Positions 31,220 through 42,198 are shown, counted from the first letter of the stretch. The stretch is 64,000 nucleotides of DNA from Desulfatiglandales bacterium (GCA_963667015.2 CAXXJJ010000004.1:928001-992000), one strand, 5' to 3'. A program made the numbers and translations. The notes: generated by a model not told the origin, from the sequence alone.

Positions 31220-33241
31220 ATGCAAATAAAATCATCAAAACTATCAAAAATAAAGGCTGAGACAGGAGATATAAGGACCTTCAGGTTCTATGAAAAATAT
31301 ATCTTCGGAACAGTTGCTGTGTTCTGGGCTGTTATACAGCTGTACCAGGCCTGGAGACGGGTGTTTGACAGCACACAGATAAGGACAATTCACCTTGCAT
31401 TCAGCATAGCACTTCTGTTTCTTTCAATACCCTTTTTTAAAACTCCCAAACGCTTCTTAAAATCTTTATCCACGACCGATCATATTCCAGTTATAGACTA
31501 TCTAATCGCCATTGTTTCGGCTGCTGCAGCCCTTTATCTGACGCTTGACTATGAGGCAATAGCAATGAGGGCCGGAATGCCCACAACCCTTGATCTTGTA
31601 ACAGGGGTTGTGCTCGTGCTGCTTCTTCTGGAAGCAGCACGCAGGAGCATAGGCCCTGCTCTTTCAGTAATAGCCTTACTGTTTACTGTTTATGCTTTTC
31701 TGGGCCCTTATCTTCCCGATCTCTTTGCCTTCAAGGGAGCATCCCTTAGAAAATATCTCAGCAACGTTACACTCTCAACCGAAGGGATATACGGTATACC
31801 TCTGGGAGTATCTGCATCAATCGTGTATCTGTTCGTCCTGATGGGGGCTCTTTTAGACAGAGCAGGTGCAGGCAGTTTTTTTACAAACCTTGCATTATCC
31901 ATACTTGGGAAATACAAAGGCGGCGCTGCAAAGGCGGCAGTGGTTTCAAGCGGGGCAACGGGCATTATATCGGGATCAAGCATTGCCAATATTGTTACTA
32001 CCGGTCCGTTTACAATCCCTCTCATGAAAAAAACAGGATACCCTCCTAAAAAGGCTGCAGCCACAGAGGTTGCAGCCAGCACCGACGGGCAGCTTATGCC
32101 GCCAATCATGGGCGCCGCTGCCTTTATAATAGCGGAATATGTAAATGTTCCCTATATCGAAGTTTTAAAGGCGGCAGCAATACCTGCACTGGCATCCTAC
32201 TTCGGACTGTTCTGCATAAGCCATCTGGAGGCTTCAAAGTTGGGCATAAAAGGACTTCAAAAGGAGGATATCCCCGTATTTATCCACACATTAAAGAGCG
32301 GGATACACTATCTTATACCTATCGTTATACTGCTCTATGAGCTTGTTGTGCTGAGACATTCGCCTGAACTTGCAGCATTCAAGGCAATAATCCTCTTATT
32401 ATTTATTATCATGTACCAGGAAATCCGCTCATCCTTTAAGGCCGGGCAGAGCTATGCAGCCGGGATTGTAAACGGCCTCAAAATAATACTGGAAGGGCTG
32501 ATAAAGGGCTCTAAAAACATGATACCTGTGGCCCTGGCATGTGCATCAGCAGGTATTATTGTCGCGGTTGTAAATATGGGGATAGGCGGAATGATATCCC
32601 ATATTGTAGAGAGCCTCTCCGGCGGAAACATTTACCTTCTCCTTATAATCACGGCAATAGCAAGCCTTCTATTAGGTATGGGCCTTCCCACAACCGCAAC
32701 CTATATTGTAATGGCCTCCCTGACTGCACCGATAATAGTTAAGGCAGGCACGGTCTATGATATTGTAATACCAATAATGGCTGCACATCTTTTCTGTTTT
32801 TACTTCGGAATACTTGCTGACGACACACCGCCGGTAGGGCTCGCGGCCTATGCCGCATCAGCCATAGCTGACTCGGACCCGATATCTACAGGTATACAGG
32901 GTTTTATTTATGATATCAGGACATCGGTTATAGCATTTATGATGATATTCAATCCTGACCTCATCCTTTATAATATTAACAGCTGGCCCCTTGGAATCAT
33001 GATCTTTATTATGACACTTACGGCCATGGCAGCATTTACGAACCTGACTCAGGGTTTTTGTATTAAAAAAAACAGGTGGTATGAGGTCCCTTTTTTCCTG
33101 CTGGCAACATTAATCCTTTTTTATCCGGGTATCATAACAGGGATATTTAAAATTGATTTTTCCAACCGGTATTTTATGTACATTATAGGGCTTGTTATCT
33201 ATGCCTCTGCTATACTGATGCAGAATGTACGTAAACAGTAA
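31220..33241 (+). CDS. TRAP transporter fused 4TM/12TM permease
   Basis: GIYGIPLGVS, GQLMPPIMGAAAF, LGMGLPTTATY, DDTPPV. Confidence 0.93.
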   Translation: MQIKSSKLSKIKAETGDIRTFRFYEKYIFGTVAVFWAVIQLYQAWRRVFDSTQIRTIHLAFSIALLFLSIPFFKTPKRFLKSLSTTDHIPVIDYLIAIVSAAAALYLTLDYEAIAMRAGMPTTLDLVTGVVLVLLLLEAARRSIGPALSVIALLFTVYAFLGPYLPDLFAFKGASLRKYLSNVTLSTEGIYGIPLGVSASIVYLFVLMGALLDRAGAGSFFTNLALSILGKYKGGAAKAAVVSSGATGIISGSSIANIVTTGPFTIPLMKKTGYPPKKAAATEVAASTDGQLMPPIMGAAAFIIAEYVNVPYIEVLKAAAIPALASYFGLFCISHLEASKLGIKGLQKEDIPVFIHTLKSGIHYLIPIVILLYELVVLRHSPELAAFKAIILLLFIIMYQEIRSSFKAGQSYAAGIVNGLKIILEGLIKGSKNMIPVALACASAGIIVAVVNMGIGGMISHIVESLSGGNIYLLLIITAIASLLLGMGLPTTATYIVMASLTAPIIVKAGTVYDIVIPIMAAHLFCFYFGILADDTPPVGLAAYAASAIADSDPISTGIQGFIYDIRTSVIAFMMIFNPDLILYNINSWPLGIMIFIMTLTAMAAFTNLTQGFCIKKNRWYEVPFFLLATLILFYPGIITGIFKIDFSNRYFMYIIGLVIYASAILMQNVRKQ

Positions 33242-33259
33242 TGGGAAATGTATTTTATT

Positions 33260-33340
33260 GTAGGGGCACGGCGTACCGTGCCCGGTTTTAACAGTTCTTG
33301 AAATTTATAATTTAAAGTGCACGCTGCAGCGTACCCCTAC
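33260..33340. repeat. Inverted REP doublet (GTAGGGGCAC...CCCCTAC)
   Basis: gtaggggcacggcgtaccgtgccc (33260-33283) and gtgcacgctgcagcgtacccctac (33317-33340) between convergent genes. Confidence 0.75.
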
Positions 33341-33389
33341 GAATATTATCGTTGATAAAACTCTAAACCAATGGCTGACAGCGCTGACA

Positions 33390-33893
33390 TCATTTTTTCC
33401 CTACCGCGTCTTCAACCGCTGAATTCAGCCGATCATTTTCAGCTTTCAGCTCATTTACCAGTTCACTGATTCCGGCGACCATTTCATTAAACTGATGTGC
33501 CTCTTCCTGAAGCAGATCATCTTTTCTTAAGTGGATTCTCTTTAAAAAATCTCCGCATGCTATTTTTTTATAGGCATTGCAGAAATTCACAAGCGGGCCG
33601 CATACCCTGTGGGTCATCCAGAGCTGGGATATAATAGAAAGGAAAAAGGTTATTAAAAGAAGTATATACAGAAAGATAACTCTTAAAGACAATGATACTT
33701 CCAGGTCGCCAAGTGGAAAATTCCAGACTCCCTGATCACCTGTATAACTTTCGGACAGATGAGTATATACGATAGCCATGGTTAAGATAAGAACAAGCAT
33801 CATAAACAGCAGATTAACTACAACAACCCTGTGCTGAATCCGAAAATTTATCAATAGATTTCTTATCTTGCGTTTACTTTTCGTGGAAGCCAT
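33390..33893 (-). CDS. Two-TM HAMP-domain membrane protein
   Basis: THRVCGPL..GDF..RIHLRKDD..FNEMV. Confidence 0.75.
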   Translation of the reverse strand: MASTKSKRKIRNLLINFRIQHRVVVVNLLFMMLVLILTMAIVYTHLSESYTGDQGVWNFPLGDLEVSLSLRVIFLYILLLITFFLSIISQLWMTHRVCGPLVNFCNAYKKIACGDFLKRIHLRKDDLLQEEAHQFNEMVAGISELVNELKAENDRLNSAVEDAVGKK

Positions 33894-33964
33894 TGTATTT
33901 CACCTTTCATTTAATATGTGATCAAAAACATTTAAATTGCAGTGTAATAATCAGGCCTGTTTTT

Positions 33965-34882
33965 TTATTCTTCCTGAGGAAAAACCATCTCCCCTGTAAT
34001 ACTCAGGTCATAACCATCCAGTTCTTTAGCAAGGGTTTTAAAGGCCTGACTCCGTAGAAGGCCAAGGAACAACTGTATACCCTGATCAAAAAATCTGTCC
34101 TTTAAAACGATGAGATCAAATCGTTCCATGCGCAGGGGAATAAAATCAAGGTCAAGCAGAGAGGCAACTGTTTTAATGGCAGGCCCTGCGTCTGCCCTGC
34201 CGGAAAGGATTTCAAGTCCAACATCGATATGCCTCTGCAGTTCAATATCATATCCTTCAATGCTTTTCCCGTCTATGCCGGCTTTATTGAACTCTCCGTC
34301 CAACAGGAGACGTGTCCCTGTTCCCTCAGGCCGGTTCACAATCTTTAATCCTTTTTCCTTTAGATCTCCCAGGCTCGATATTCCTTTTGGGTTGCCCTTT
34401 TGGATTAAAATACCCTGCTCTCTTCTGCAGAAATTGACAACAGCAGGAACCTGCCCCAGCTCCTCATTTGCGAAATCAAAGTTATACTCCTTTTCGTTTT
34501 CCTGGAGCAGATGACTGGATGCGATATGACACAGATTATTCTTTAATGCCTTCAATCCTCCAAGGCTTCCCATATTACCGAAAACAGCCGCGTGTTCCGG
34601 ATACTGCCGGTTAAAGAGTGTAATTGTTTTTTCAAGAAGAATATCGTTGCTCCCGCATATTATCAGGAGACCATGATAAGGCGGAAGAGGATTTACGGCT
34701 TTGGGGTAGTTAATGGTCTGACCTTCAAGCCATTGTTCAACAAGATGTTTGGGAAAAAGCCATTTTCCTGTCACCTTTACAGCAGGAAGCCCCTTTTCAT
34801 TGATAAGGGAATAAACCATCTTTTCATTAATATTCAGGAATTCCGCCACCTGTTTTGTGTTGAGCATTATTTTCCCTTCCAT
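33965..34882 (-). CDS. Excisionase-HTH + PBP regulator, TaoR family (tungstate/molybdate)
   Basis: LNTKQVAEFL..LPAVKVTGKWLFP; GSNDILL, NRPEGTGTR; next to tupC. Confidence 0.85.
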   Translation of the reverse strand: MEGKIMLNTKQVAEFLNINEKMVYSLINEKGLPAVKVTGKWLFPKHLVEQWLEGQTINYPKAVNPLPPYHGLLIICGSNDILLEKTITLFNRQYPEHAAVFGNMGSLGGLKALKNNLCHIASSHLLQENEKEYNFDFANEELGQVPAVVNFCRREQGILIQKGNPKGISSLGDLKEKGLKIVNRPEGTGTRLLLDGEFNKAGIDGKSIEGYDIELQRHIDVGLEILSGRADAGPAIKTVASLLDLDFIPLRMERFDLIVLKDRFFDQGIQLFLGLLRSQAFKTLAKELDGYDLSITGEMVFPQEE

Positions 34883-34896
34883 GTTTTTGCCTCTCT

Positions 34897-35895
34897 TTAG
34901 ATAAACTGGATACTGTCCTGAGGACACTCAACTGTTACAGTGTCCCCTATATTCAAATCAGATATAAGATATTTTTCTTTTTCCATCAATAGGATTAAGG
35001 AGATATTTAAATCAACAATCACCCTTATTCTGTCCCCCTCATCTGTCAATTGTATAAGCCTGCCTTTGACCTGATTATCTTTTAATTCGCTATTTTTTAT
35101 AATTTTCATCTTCATGGGATTAACAGATACACGTACTTCACCCTGCCGGTCTGTATCAACCGGAAAGCTCACTTCATCCTGGATCTCAACATATTTTCTA
35201 TTGCCGCTTTCGATTATAACCCCGTTAAAAATATTCTCATGTATTGAATCTGATACCATGCCATTATTTATATATATTATCTTATCGGCTATTCTTTTTA
35301 CCTGAAGCATATCATGAGAGGTAAACAGGATAGAAATACCCTTTTCTCTGTTGATCCTCTTTATAATTTTTTCTATGCCTGAACGGTTTTCAATATCAAC
35401 ACTTGAGGTCGGTTCGTCCAGGAGTATGACATCCGGTGAACAGGCAAGCGCCTGCGCAATGGCAACACGCTGGGTTTCTCCTCCGGAAAGAGTGTGCCCC
35501 AAAGCCCCTCTGAAATCAGTCATCCCCATCATTGCCAGCAGTTCTTCAACTATTTTATGCCTCTCTGTTTTTTCAATTTTTCTGATTTTTAAGGGAAATT
35601 CTACATTCCTGAATACGGTTGTCGTGAATAGAACCGGATGCTGCTGTACCAGTACAACATTTTTACGATGCCTGATCAGGCTGGAGTTGGAATAGCTGAT
35701 TCTGTTTCCATTGAATAATAAATCACCTCCATCATGCTCCATAATAAATGCAAGGATCTCAAGAAGCGTAGTTTTACCTGCTCCATTAGGCCCCAGGAGG
35801 CCATATATGTATCCCTTCTCGATACTTAAAGTATCAAGATCAAGTACCTTTCTGCCTTCATATTGTTTGACCAGTTTTTTTATCTCATACAACAT
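34897..35895 (-). CDS. tupC: Tungstate ABC transporter ATPase with TOBE-like C-terminus
   Basis: GPNGAGKT, LSGGETQR, LLDEPT; gene context. Confidence 0.85.
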   Translation of the reverse strand: MLYEIKKLVKQYEGRKVLDLDTLSIEKGYIYGLLGPNGAGKTTLLEILAFIMEHDGGDLLFNGNRISYSNSSLIRHRKNVVLVQQHPVLFTTTVFRNVEFPLKIRKIEKTERHKIVEELLAMMGMTDFRGALGHTLSGGETQRVAIAQALACSPDVILLDEPTSSVDIENRSGIEKIIKRINREKGISILFTSHDMLQVKRIADKIIYINNGMVSDSIHENIFNGVIIESGNRKYVEIQDEVSFPVDTDRQGEVRVSVNPMKMKIIKNSELKDNQVKGRLIQLTDEGDRIRVIVDLNISLILLMEKEKYLISDLNIGDTVTVECPQDSIQFI

Positions 35896-35899
35896 TGGA

Positions 35900-36595
35900 T
35901 TATATCCTGCTTTTTCCCTGGAAATAATTCAGGATTATATTTACTGAAAAACTTATAAGTAAAAGTATCAAACCCAGGGCAATACTGAGTACAAATTCCC
36001 CTTTATCATATTCAAGGGCCATCGCAGTAGTCATTGTCCGGGTAAATCCCTTTGCATTTCCTCCCAGCATCATGCTTATACCCACCTCGGCTATAACCCT
36101 TCCAAAGGCAATAATAATGGCTGCAACAAGGCTGAACCTCGCCTCGCGCATAATTACAAGCGCTGTCTGCAGCCCGCTGGCTCCAAGGGTAAGAGAGGTT
36201 TTTCGATAACGGTCATCAATCCGGCTTACGGCAGAGATTGTATAGGTAGTAAGAATGGGGGAGATAAGGATTATCTGACCAATGATTATAGCCTTCTGTG
36301 TATAGAGAAGATCAAGCGAACCCAAAAGGCCTTTTCTGGATATAAAGGTATAAACCATGAGACCTATGACAACAGTGGGCAGAGCCAGAAGCGTGTTTAA
36401 ACATGTTATCACAAGACGTTTTGCTGCGAACTCCTTCAGAGATACAAACATTCCCAGAGGGATACCCATTAAACCTGCAATTAAAGTAGATGAAATACTT
36501 ACATTCAGGGAAACAATTATTACGTCCAGAAGTTCCCTGTCCAGTGAAAGTATAAGGAGCAATGCAGATTTAAAGCTGTCTGAAAAAAAGGTCAT
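35900..36595 (-). CDS. tupB: Tungstate ABC transporter permease
   Basis: LPTVVIGL, FGRVIAEVG, GGNAKGFTRTMTTAMALE. Confidence 0.92.
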   Translation of the reverse strand: MTFFSDSFKSALLLILSLDRELLDVIIVSLNVSISSTLIAGLMGIPLGMFVSLKEFAAKRLVITCLNTLLALPTVVIGLMVYTFISRKGLLGSLDLLYTQKAIIIGQIILISPILTTYTISAVSRIDDRYRKTSLTLGASGLQTALVIMREARFSLVAAIIIAFGRVIAEVGISMMLGGNAKGFTRTMTTAMALEYDKGEFVLSIALGLILLLISFSVNIILNYFQGKSRI

Positions 36596-36793
36596 ACGGT
36601 CGTTAGATCAGTTTCTTAAATTGTTTTTATAGGTTATTTCCGTCTACATAATAGAGCATTATTGTTATTATAAGTCAATTATTGTCTTTTATAGAAAGAT
36701 TTAATTTGCAATGTAAGTTTAAGATTTTGAGTTAAAAAAAAAAGAGACAGGATAAACACCCCGCCGGTAAAGAGCGGGGCATTAACTGTTTTT

Positions 36794-38080
36794 TTAAAAC
36801 TGAACGATAACCGAGGTTGTAACTACATGCTCGTCTTCATCTCCCGACTGCTTTTCGGTTGAGAACAATGAATAATTTATCCCGGCCTTTACATTATGGC
36901 CACTTAAATAATAGTTCAGCCCCACTGTATATTCGGTTTTTTCATTATCACTTATCTTCTCAGGATTATCAGGGTCGATAAATGCATAACGCCCGGCAAT
37001 TTCAAAATGCTTCGGAACAAAGAAAAATCCGCCCTGAATATAATAACCCCGGGCATTTTGCTCACCAAATGACGTTACATCTTTGGGATCGATGTTACGA
37101 TAATGATATCCGCCCATAAAAGAAAAACCGCCGCTCTTATAGGCCAGGTCGGCAGTCCATTGAGACACATTACTTTCAACCGGAACAATAGAGGTATTTC
37201 CAAGATTTCCCGCAAGAGTTGCACGTTCACCTGGTTCAAGACCGGGCATATAGGCGCCCGCAAGGGCCAGAGAGAACACCGGGCTTGAAGGATTATCCAC
37301 AGCAGATTCCGAATAGGGATAAGAATCGAATGGGCTCCACACAAGTCTCCCTACATACATGTAGTCATTATCAACATTATTCTGATTTGCCCCGCTTCCA
37401 TTAAAAAGCCCAACACTGTAGTCAATGGAATCGAATATTTTTTTACTCGAGATCTGGAGCCCCATATCCCTCTGCAGGGAAAACTCGGAACTGGCTATAG
37501 ACCTTTCAATAAGCTGTAAACTGAATCCGCTGTCAAGATATTCCCTGTCAAAGGGAACCTTGTATTGACCCAATCTTGGAATAAATGATTTATTAAAGGC
37601 GGCTTCCACATAGGCATCCCTTACTGCGGCCCTGCTTCCTTCAAGGGTGATCTGGGTACTGTATTTAAGCCACGGGGCATAGACATTTCCGGATGCAATA
37701 ATTCTTCCCCTTCTTAGGCGAAAGGTCGATTCCGATTCACTGTTATCAGGATTATTATAGGAAAAGATACCTTGTAAACTGGCATTTAGCTTAATAGAGT
37801 AGTTATCATCCGGTGTTTTAATGACTGCACCCTTTACATATTTCACTTCAACATTTCCGGTCCTGCCGGAAAGTTGCGGTTTAGCCGGCCCTTCTGACTT
37901 TACCTCCGGCTCTGCTTTATCACCCTTTTCAAGTTCTTCGCCAATAACTCTTGCTTCATCACTCGTAATGATATTTTTTTCAATTAACATTTGAATCAGT
38001 TTATCGGTTTTATCTGCGCTGGCAGATACAGGAATTAAGTAAACAAAACATACTATCAATATTAAATTTATTTTCTTCAT
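36794..38080 (-). CDS. OprO/OprP-like anion-selective porin
   Basis: Signal peptide, FRLRRGR, GQYKVPF, C-terminal Phe. Confidence 0.82.
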   Translation of the reverse strand: MKKINLILIVCFVYLIPVSASADKTDKLIQMLIEKNIITSDEARVIGEELEKGDKAEPEVKSEGPAKPQLSGRTGNVEVKYVKGAVIKTPDDNYSIKLNASLQGIFSYNNPDNSESESTFRLRRGRIIASGNVYAPWLKYSTQITLEGSRAAVRDAYVEAAFNKSFIPRLGQYKVPFDREYLDSGFSLQLIERSIASSEFSLQRDMGLQISSKKIFDSIDYSVGLFNGSGANQNNVDNDYMYVGRLVWSPFDSYPYSESAVDNPSSPVFSLALAGAYMPGLEPGERATLAGNLGNTSIVPVESNVSQWTADLAYKSGGFSFMGGYHYRNIDPKDVTSFGEQNARGYYIQGGFFFVPKHFEIAGRYAFIDPDNPEKISDNEKTEYTVGLNYYLSGHNVKAGINYSLFSTEKQSGDEDEHVVTTSVIVQF

Positions 38081-38251
38081 TGAGTGCTGCCTTTAAATAT
38101 TTTACAAATTTTACCAATAGAAAAAGAAATCTTTTATACAGAACATTTATACAGGTGACAACCATGAAATCAGAAAGGGGAAGCAACTCTATATCGGCAG
38201 GATATAATAATCAGGGAATGATAAAGCGGCGGGGTGTGAAACCCCACCCTT

Positions 38252-39148
38252 TTACTTTAAGGCATCAGGGAAAAAGGCCTGTTTACCCTCTATTTTATAA
38301 TCAGCTATTATCTTTTGTGCATTTTCTGATACAATCCATTTGGCCAGCTTTTCAGCCTGCTCAAACTTTACATTGGGATGTTTCTCAGGGCTTACAGGAA
38401 TGATACCATATGGATTAAAGAGGGCTTGATCGCCTTCAACCATTATTTCAAGATCAAGCCCCTGCTCTCTTCCTAATTTGTATTTCAGGTAAGTTCCACG
38501 GTCGGTCATGGTATATGCCTGTTTTTCTTCTGCAAAGGTAAGCGTTTTTCCCATTCCCTGCCCTATTGAAAAATACCATTCATCAAGGCCTTCAGGGTGC
38601 TGAAATGTGAGTGTTTTATTTTCACCCTTTAAAATAACCTCCCTTGTTTCACTCGCAATCGGAACCCCGGAAAGGTTCCATAATTCCTGTTCTTTGGTAT
38701 GGGTACCACTGTCATCTCCCCTGGAAATAAATGGGGACTTTTTATCTGCGATCTCTTTCAGTGCCCCGGAAGCGCTTTTCATACCTTTTACGGATGCAGG
38801 ATCATTTGAAGGTCCTACAATAACAAAATCATTATGCATAACTGCCAGGCGATAGGTTCCGTAACCATCGGATACAAATTTTTCCTCACGGGCCTTTGCA
38901 TGAACAAAAATAATATCAACATTTCCATCTATTCCATCACGTATGGCTGCTCCGGTTCCCTTTGCGATTACCTTTACACCTATACCGGTGTCAGCAGTAA
39001 ATGCAGGCAGAAGCACATTTAACAGCCCCGAGTTTTCGGTACTTGTAGTCGTGGACATTGTGATGCTTTCATCCTTCCGGGAAGTTGAGCACGACAATAT
39101 CAGCAGACCTGATATACTAATTAAGAAACCTGTAAGATATCTTTTCAT
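38252..39148 (-). CDS. tupA: Tungstate-binding lipoprotein TupA
   Basis: TTTS motif (STTTSTENSGLL), GTGAA, VHA, SRGDDSGTH, GQGM, DRGT. Confidence 0.92.
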   Translation of the reverse strand: MKRYLTGFLISISGLLILSCSTSRKDESITMSTTTSTENSGLLNVLLPAFTADTGIGVKVIAKGTGAAIRDGIDGNVDIIFVHAKAREEKFVSDGYGTYRLAVMHNDFVIVGPSNDPASVKGMKSASGALKEIADKKSPFISRGDDSGTHTKEQELWNLSGVPIASETREVILKGENKTLTFQHPEGLDEWYFSIGQGMGKTLTFAEEKQAYTMTDRGTYLKYKLGREQGLDLEIMVEGDQALFNPYGIIPVSPEKHPNVKFEQAEKLAKWIVSENAQKIIADYKIEGKQAFFPDALK

Positions 39149-39200
39149 ATTGTTACTCCATTTATGCTGTTGTATTTATTACACGATTAAAAAGCATATA

Positions 39201-39313
39201 TCTCGCAGAGCCCGCAGAGATCACAGAGAAAGACAAGAACATTTTATTTTAATTAAAAAGCTTTTCTCTGTGGCCTCTGTGAGCTCTAGTGAACGCAGTG
39301 AACGAGCGAGAGA
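39201..39313. mobile_element. MITE-like non-coding element, copy 1
   Basis: TCTCGC...GCGAGA ends, internal CACAGAG/CTCTGTG units; homologous inverted copy at 44306-44426. Confidence 0.6.
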
Positions 39314-39339
39314 TCTTCTTTTTATTTTAAGTCACTATT

Positions 39340-40212
39340 TTAATGCCGGGCATTTGCCTGCTCAGCATCCATATAAAGTGAATATCCGTATTCCTTTTTG
39401 CCAAACTCTCTTATTATCTTCTGGCCCTGTTCGGATTTTACAAAATCAATAAACCCGGTAACCATTTTATGTACCTCTCCAGGTCTGCTGCCCTGAGGTG
39501 TGCCAAGTGCATGATAAACATTAATAAGAACAGGATCACCCCTGAATAATATCTCAATATTTTTAATTTTTCCTTTTTTTGCGAACCAGGTGCTGGAATC
39601 GGTCATGAAATAACCACTTTCCTTATCAGCTCTCAAGAGAGTTGGCCCCATGAAATCATTGGTGGCGACATACCATGACCCGGATGGCTCTACTCCAGTC
39701 ATCTCCCAGATCATCATCTCCTTTTTATGGGTTCCGGAATTGTCATTCCTGGTAAAAAATAAAGACTTTGAACCTGCTATATTAAAGTATGCATCCTTAA
39801 CTGATTTTGCATCTTTTATTCCGGCAGGATCAGAATCAGGCCCTGCAATATAAAACTCATTTCCCCCTATCAGGGTTCTGTTTACAGCCCAGCCTTCAGA
39901 AACAGCCTTTTTTTCTGCCTCCGGGGCGTGTACCATAATTATATCTGCTTCCCCTGTTTTAAGGGCTTTGAGCGATTCTCCGCTGCCTCTCTTTATCCAG
40001 TTAATCCTGCAGTTATTCCTGTCACAGAATGGTTCAGCAAGAGCTCTGAGCAACCCTAATGACCCAGGACTTCCGGTCGCAAGGGTTATTGAGACTTTAC
40101 CATCTCCATATGTATCATCATATTTGCCTTCGCCTTTAACCTGAGGTGAATTTATAATTATAAGCAAGGCAAGCAATAAAAACAGATATAATATATTTCT
40201 TTTTAAGACCAT
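39340..40212 (-). CDS. TupA-like oxyanion-binding protein (divergent paralogue)
   Basis: ATGSPGSLGLL in place of TTTS; MVHAP, NEF, RNDNSGTH. Confidence 0.85.
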   Translation of the reverse strand: MVLKRNILYLFLLLALLIIINSPQVKGEGKYDDTYGDGKVSITLATGSPGSLGLLRALAEPFCDRNNCRINWIKRGSGESLKALKTGEADIIMVHAPEAEKKAVSEGWAVNRTLIGGNEFYIAGPDSDPAGIKDAKSVKDAYFNIAGSKSLFFTRNDNSGTHKKEMMIWEMTGVEPSGSWYVATNDFMGPTLLRADKESGYFMTDSSTWFAKKGKIKNIEILFRGDPVLINVYHALGTPQGSRPGEVHKMVTGFIDFVKSEQGQKIIREFGKKEYGYSLYMDAEQANARH

Positions 40213-40374
40213 AGTTACCTCTATATTTACAAGCATTACTTATCGCTTTTTGTTATTTATTGTTGTTATAATCTTTTTGCTTCATTATTTACATTTTTAT
40301 CATTCCATTTTCAACCAATATTACATATTAATTACTTTGATAAACTGATAGCTAACCGGTTTGATAAGAATCTC

Positions 40375-41985
40375 TTACTTCAACCTGACAACAGGGTAAT
40401 CCTCATAAAGAAGTTTCTGAGTAAGAATATCTCTGACTGTTACCCGCAAAGCTTTATTCGGGCCTACTCGAAAGCTTACAGAAAATCTTTTTATCCCTTT
40501 TTCTCCGGGAGGCGATGCTTCTATGAAGGTAGGATTGTTTTCATTCATCCAGAACTCAGTAGATTCGCCGGACTTGTTATTGTTATTATCAAATACAGCG
40601 CAGCCGTTCAGGTCATAGACAATTTCGCCCGCACATTCAGTGCTGCCGACTTTTTCTGCTAATTCAAAAATATCAATTCCAAAAAAGCGCTGGTCGTCCC
40701 TTGTGGCTTTCATGGTCATATTTTTAAATCCAGCTTCAGTAGGAAATTGTGTTCCCCTTGATATCAAAGGCAAAAACTCGTGAGTTCCTGTTTTCCGGTT
40801 ATAGCTTTTTATCGCGTAATCGTGCTGTATATGATCATATAAGTGTTCTATATCACTGCTCAAAAATCTACATGCCCCTCTGGCAACAGCGTCATATGGC
40901 CTGAAATATTTTGTTCTGTCTCCAAACAGTGTGCGAACCTGCCTTCGGATACTTGGAATCTGGCTTGTGCCGCCTACAAGCAAAGCTTCTTTTATTGAAG
41001 ATTTTTCAATTCCTTTTTCATAGGCGTGCTTCAATGCCCGTTCAATAGTTTCCTGTACATTATGATAGAGTCCGTTTTCTTCAAGAAGGTCTTCAAGCTC
41101 ACTTCGTCTGTATTTTCCTTTGAGCCTGAGTCCTGATATTTCGTGGGTTATGTCATAGTTATGTTCGTCATTATTGGTAAGGCTTTCTTTTATTTCTTCC
41201 ACTCCCCGCATAAACAGGGCGCTGGCTTCTCTTGCATCCAGTACATTCATATCAGCGCGTTTTAGGATATCTCCATAGAGCCATCCGTCTATTGTTCGGC
41301 CTCCGATTCTGCAGCCGGCCTTCCCCATTACTCTGCAGCCGATGCCGCGATCAACTTGATCTTCTATTCTTATAACAGATACATCCAGCGTACCTCCGCC
41401 AAAATCAAAAATAAGGTAAACGTCACCCTTCTGCAGCTGTGTATCGTACCCGAATACACAGGCGCTCGACTCATCCAGAAACCTGTATCTTTTTATTCCC
41501 AGGTCACGGCATGTGGAAGACAGCCAGTCAGTATAATGTTCAAAGGCTTCCACTGGTACCGTAAAAACCACTTCACCTGATGCCAGATCAATATGCCCTG
41601 ACTCTGCTGCTAAAAACAGTATCTTTTCTAAAAAATCGCGGCCTGCAGTAAAATAATCCACTGTGGTTCCGTCAGGAATCGGATAATTTATTTTTCGCCT
41701 GGACTGAATAAAGGCCTTCAGCCACCTGAAAGAGCCTTTGCTTTTTTCAAGCATCTTATCAATAACCTGGGCGCCAATAAAGTTTGTACTTTTATCTCTG
41801 TAGCAGATCATGGAAGGGATATAGGGTATTTCAATGTTCCTGCCGTCCTGTTCAAATAAGAAAGGCAGGGATACATCCTCAACCGTATGGAGGTCAACAT
41901 CATGTTTTTCTTCATTCCAGAACGCAACAACAGTGTTTGAGGTTCCAAAATCAATTGCCATTTTTTGATAACGACTGCTGCTCAT
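40375..41985 (-). CDS. Atypical Hsp70-family protein (no lid)
   Basis: IDFGTSNT, FDFGGGTLD, LLVGGTSQIP; short beta C-terminal domain; ATGA overlap with the upstream gene. Confidence 0.9.
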   Translation of the reverse strand: MSSSRYQKMAIDFGTSNTVVAFWNEEKHDVDLHTVEDVSLPFLFEQDGRNIEIPYIPSMICYRDKSTNFIGAQVIDKMLEKSKGSFRWLKAFIQSRRKINYPIPDGTTVDYFTAGRDFLEKILFLAAESGHIDLASGEVVFTVPVEAFEHYTDWLSSTCRDLGIKRYRFLDESSACVFGYDTQLQKGDVYLIFDFGGGTLDVSVIRIEDQVDRGIGCRVMGKAGCRIGGRTIDGWLYGDILKRADMNVLDAREASALFMRGVEEIKESLTNNDEHNYDITHEISGLRLKGKYRRSELEDLLEENGLYHNVQETIERALKHAYEKGIEKSSIKEALLVGGTSQIPSIRRQVRTLFGDRTKYFRPYDAVARGACRFLSSDIEHLYDHIQHDYAIKSYNRKTGTHEFLPLISRGTQFPTEAGFKNMTMKATRDDQRFFGIDIFELAEKVGSTECAGEIVYDLNGCAVFDNNNNKSGESTEFWMNENNPTFIEASPPGEKGIKRFSVSFRVGPNKALRVTVRDILTQKLLYEDYPVVRLK

Positions 41986-42194
41986 GAAAGCTCAACTTCC
42001 TCATCAACATCTAGTTCCTGCTCACCTTCCTGCTCATGCATCTCCGATGTATCTTCTCTCAACAGTATGTTTCCGCCAAGGTCGTTTTCAAGATCTCTAG
42101 TTAAATCAAGGCATTTTTTTCCTTTAACGCCTCTGACTTCATATTTGACCTCACCGCTGTCATCAATAAAGACTTCTATCTCTTCTATATTCAT
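41982..42194 (-). CDS. DUF2997 family protein
   Basis: IEVFIDDSGEVKYEVRGVKGKKCLDLTRDLENDLG; acidic tail. Confidence 0.85.
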   Translation of the reverse strand: MNIEEIEVFIDDSGEVKYEVRGVKGKKCLDLTRDLENDLGGNILLREDTSEMHEQEGEQELDVDEEVELS

Positions 42195-42198
42195 TTCG

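Noticed and set aside
40375..41985. Housekeeping dnaK
   Set aside because: Only 536 aa, divergent substrate-binding domain, no lid, and no grpE/dnaJ adjacent.
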